Program-made: the position numbers and the translations under genes
The notes under the pieces: generated by a model
Seen by the model: only the letters and a program-made list of their open reading frames with translations
What the model was told of the DNA's origin: nothing
Databases searched by the model: none
In this document: positions 40,189-41,475 of the stretch, piece by piece
Position numbering within the stretch: position 1 is the stretch's first letter
Layout of the letters: each line of letters opens with the position of its first letter
DNA from: Poseidonia sp.
GTDB taxonomy: Archaea > Thermoplasmatota > Poseidoniia > Poseidoniales > Poseidoniaceae
Length of the DNA stretch: 41,475 nt
Assembly (NCBI GenBank): GCA_965661285.1
Contig: CBFIDD010000005.1
Span: 1 to 41,475 of the forward strand
Reading direction: 5' to 3'

Positions 40189-41475
40189 ATGGCCGATGAA
40201 CCTCAAGGCGACGTCCATCGCCCTTCGACCTTGGACCCTGAGCAGTTGGGGTTCATGTGCGGTCTTGAGGTCCACCAACAGTTGGCAACCGGGAAACTCC
40301 ACTCAAGGCAGAGCGGTGAACTCTACGACATCACCGTCGACACGCTTCCCGAGGATTGGCCTCAATTCGAACGGCGTTTGCGAGCCAGTCGTGGCGAAGG
40401 CGGTGCTGTGGACGTTGCTGCAAAGTTTGAGTCCAAGCGAAACCGCACCTTTGTCTACGCACAGTCGCCAAATGCCGGACTGATCGAACTCGATGAACAA
40501 CCGCCGTTGGCGCTTGATGAACACGCCCTTGACATCACGCTGACCGTGGCCGCATTGTTGCAATCAAAACCGGTATCGCTCATTCAGACGATGCGAAAAA
40601 CCGTCGTCGACGGCTCGAACACGAGCGGCTTTCAGCGCACCTCCCTCATCGCCACCGATGGCGAGTTGGAGACCGACGAGGGAACGGTGGGCGTCGACGT
40701 GATCTGTCTTGAGGAAGACAGTGCTCGAAAACTCGATACCGTGGGCACAGCCCGTGGCCAGCAGGTGTTGTACAATCTCGATCGTTTGGGGTTGCCTCTG
40801 ATTGAAATTGCCACCGCCCCCGACGTCCGTTCTCCTGACCACGCCAAGAGCACGGCGATCGCCTTGGGTCGCGTTCTTCGCCAGACCCGCCGTGTCCGTC
40901 GCGGGCTTGGAAGCATCCGCCAAGACCTCAACGTCTCCATCGGCGCCGGCGACCGTGTTGAAATCAAAGGCTGTCAAGACCTCGGGTGGATTCCACGCAT
41001 CATCCGCCTCGAAATGGCCCGTCAACTCCACTTTTACCGGCTGGCCAACGACCTCAGGACGGCATTGAATCTTCCACCGCTCCCCGCTCACCGCGACCTT
41101 GACGATGCTGCCGTTGAAGAAGAGGTGGCGCAGACCGTCTGCGAGCATCTCCCGTTCTCCCTCCACGACGTTTCTTCGGCGTTCACCGCCACTTCTTCGG
41201 GCATGGTTGCCGAAGCTTTGGCTTCGGGATCGGTGATGTTGGCGCTCCCTCTCAAAGGCTTGCTCGGAAAACTCGGAAAGAAGACCGCCGATGAGGATGG
41301 GGCACAACTCCCCCGGCTTGGACGAGAGTTGGCCGGTGCCGCAAAACTTGCGGGCGTGAAAGGCATTTTCCACGCTGACGAACTTCCCGCTCACGGCATC
41401 ACGGGTGATGAAGTTGATGCGGTACGCTCGCAACTCTCGCTCGGCGAACAGGACGGCTTTGTCCTGTGCTGTGCG
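40189..41475 (+). CDS. gatE: Glu-tRNA(Gln) amidotransferase subunit E, truncated by the window end (absent from the ORF track)
   Basis: Hand translation MADEPQ...GFMCGLEVHQQL...MRKTVVDGSNTSGFQRT...CLEEDSAR...LDRLGLPLIEIAT...RRGLGSIRQDLNVSI. Confidence 0.95.
   Translation, partial: MADEPQGDVHRPSTLDPEQLGFMCGLEVHQQLATGKLHSRQSGELYDITVDTLPEDWPQFERRLRASRGEGGAVDVAAKFESKRNRTFVYAQSPNAGLIELDEQPPLALDEHALDITLTVAALLQSKPVSLIQTMRKTVVDGSNTSGFQRTSLIATDGELETDEGTVGVDVICLEEDSARKLDTVGTARGQQVLYNLDRLGLPLIEIATAPDVRSPDHAKSTAIALGRVLRQTRRVRRGLGSIRQDLNVSIGAGDRVEIKGCQDLGWIPRIIRLEMARQLHFYRLANDLRTALNLPPLPAHRDLDDAAVEEEVAQTVCEHLPFSLHDVSSAFTATSSGMVAEALASGSVMLALPLKGLLGKLGKKTADEDGAQLPRLGRELAGAAKLAGVKGIFHADELPAHGITGDEVDAVRSQLSLGEQDGFVLCCA

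Noticed and set aside
40133-41433. ORF-track calls at the right end (116, 289, 88 aa and others)
   Set aside because: The region is explained by plus-strand gatE, which runs off the window

Overview
Archaeal chromosomal segment of about 58% GC (estimated by eye). The gene content (rpl18e-rpl13-rps9-rpoN-tRNA-Pro, MCM, GatE, Trm1, two PAC2 chaperones, NAD-dependent ligase, giant acidic surface proteins) most resembles Marine Group II Euryarchaeota (Ca. Poseidoniales); this assignment is an inference. Roughly half the window encodes secreted or membrane-anchored Ca-binding, beta-helix, FG-GAP or PKD proteins. Two tRNAs (Pro-GGG, Arg-GCG) and a truncated gatE are not in the ORF track. No integrase, transposase or CRISPR array was seen. 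Top leads: (1) a two-gene extracellular module pairing a secreted (GQ)n-(GQQ)17 protein with a 2692-aa anchored partner that shares His-containing DxDxDG repeats and has a DUF4129-like tail; (2) a bacterial-type LigA ending in an archaeal PCNA-binding PIP box; (3) an ORB-like origin box upstream of mcm; (4) a recurrent non-canonical T[CG]A[TA] promoter core about 28 nt upstream of start codons.
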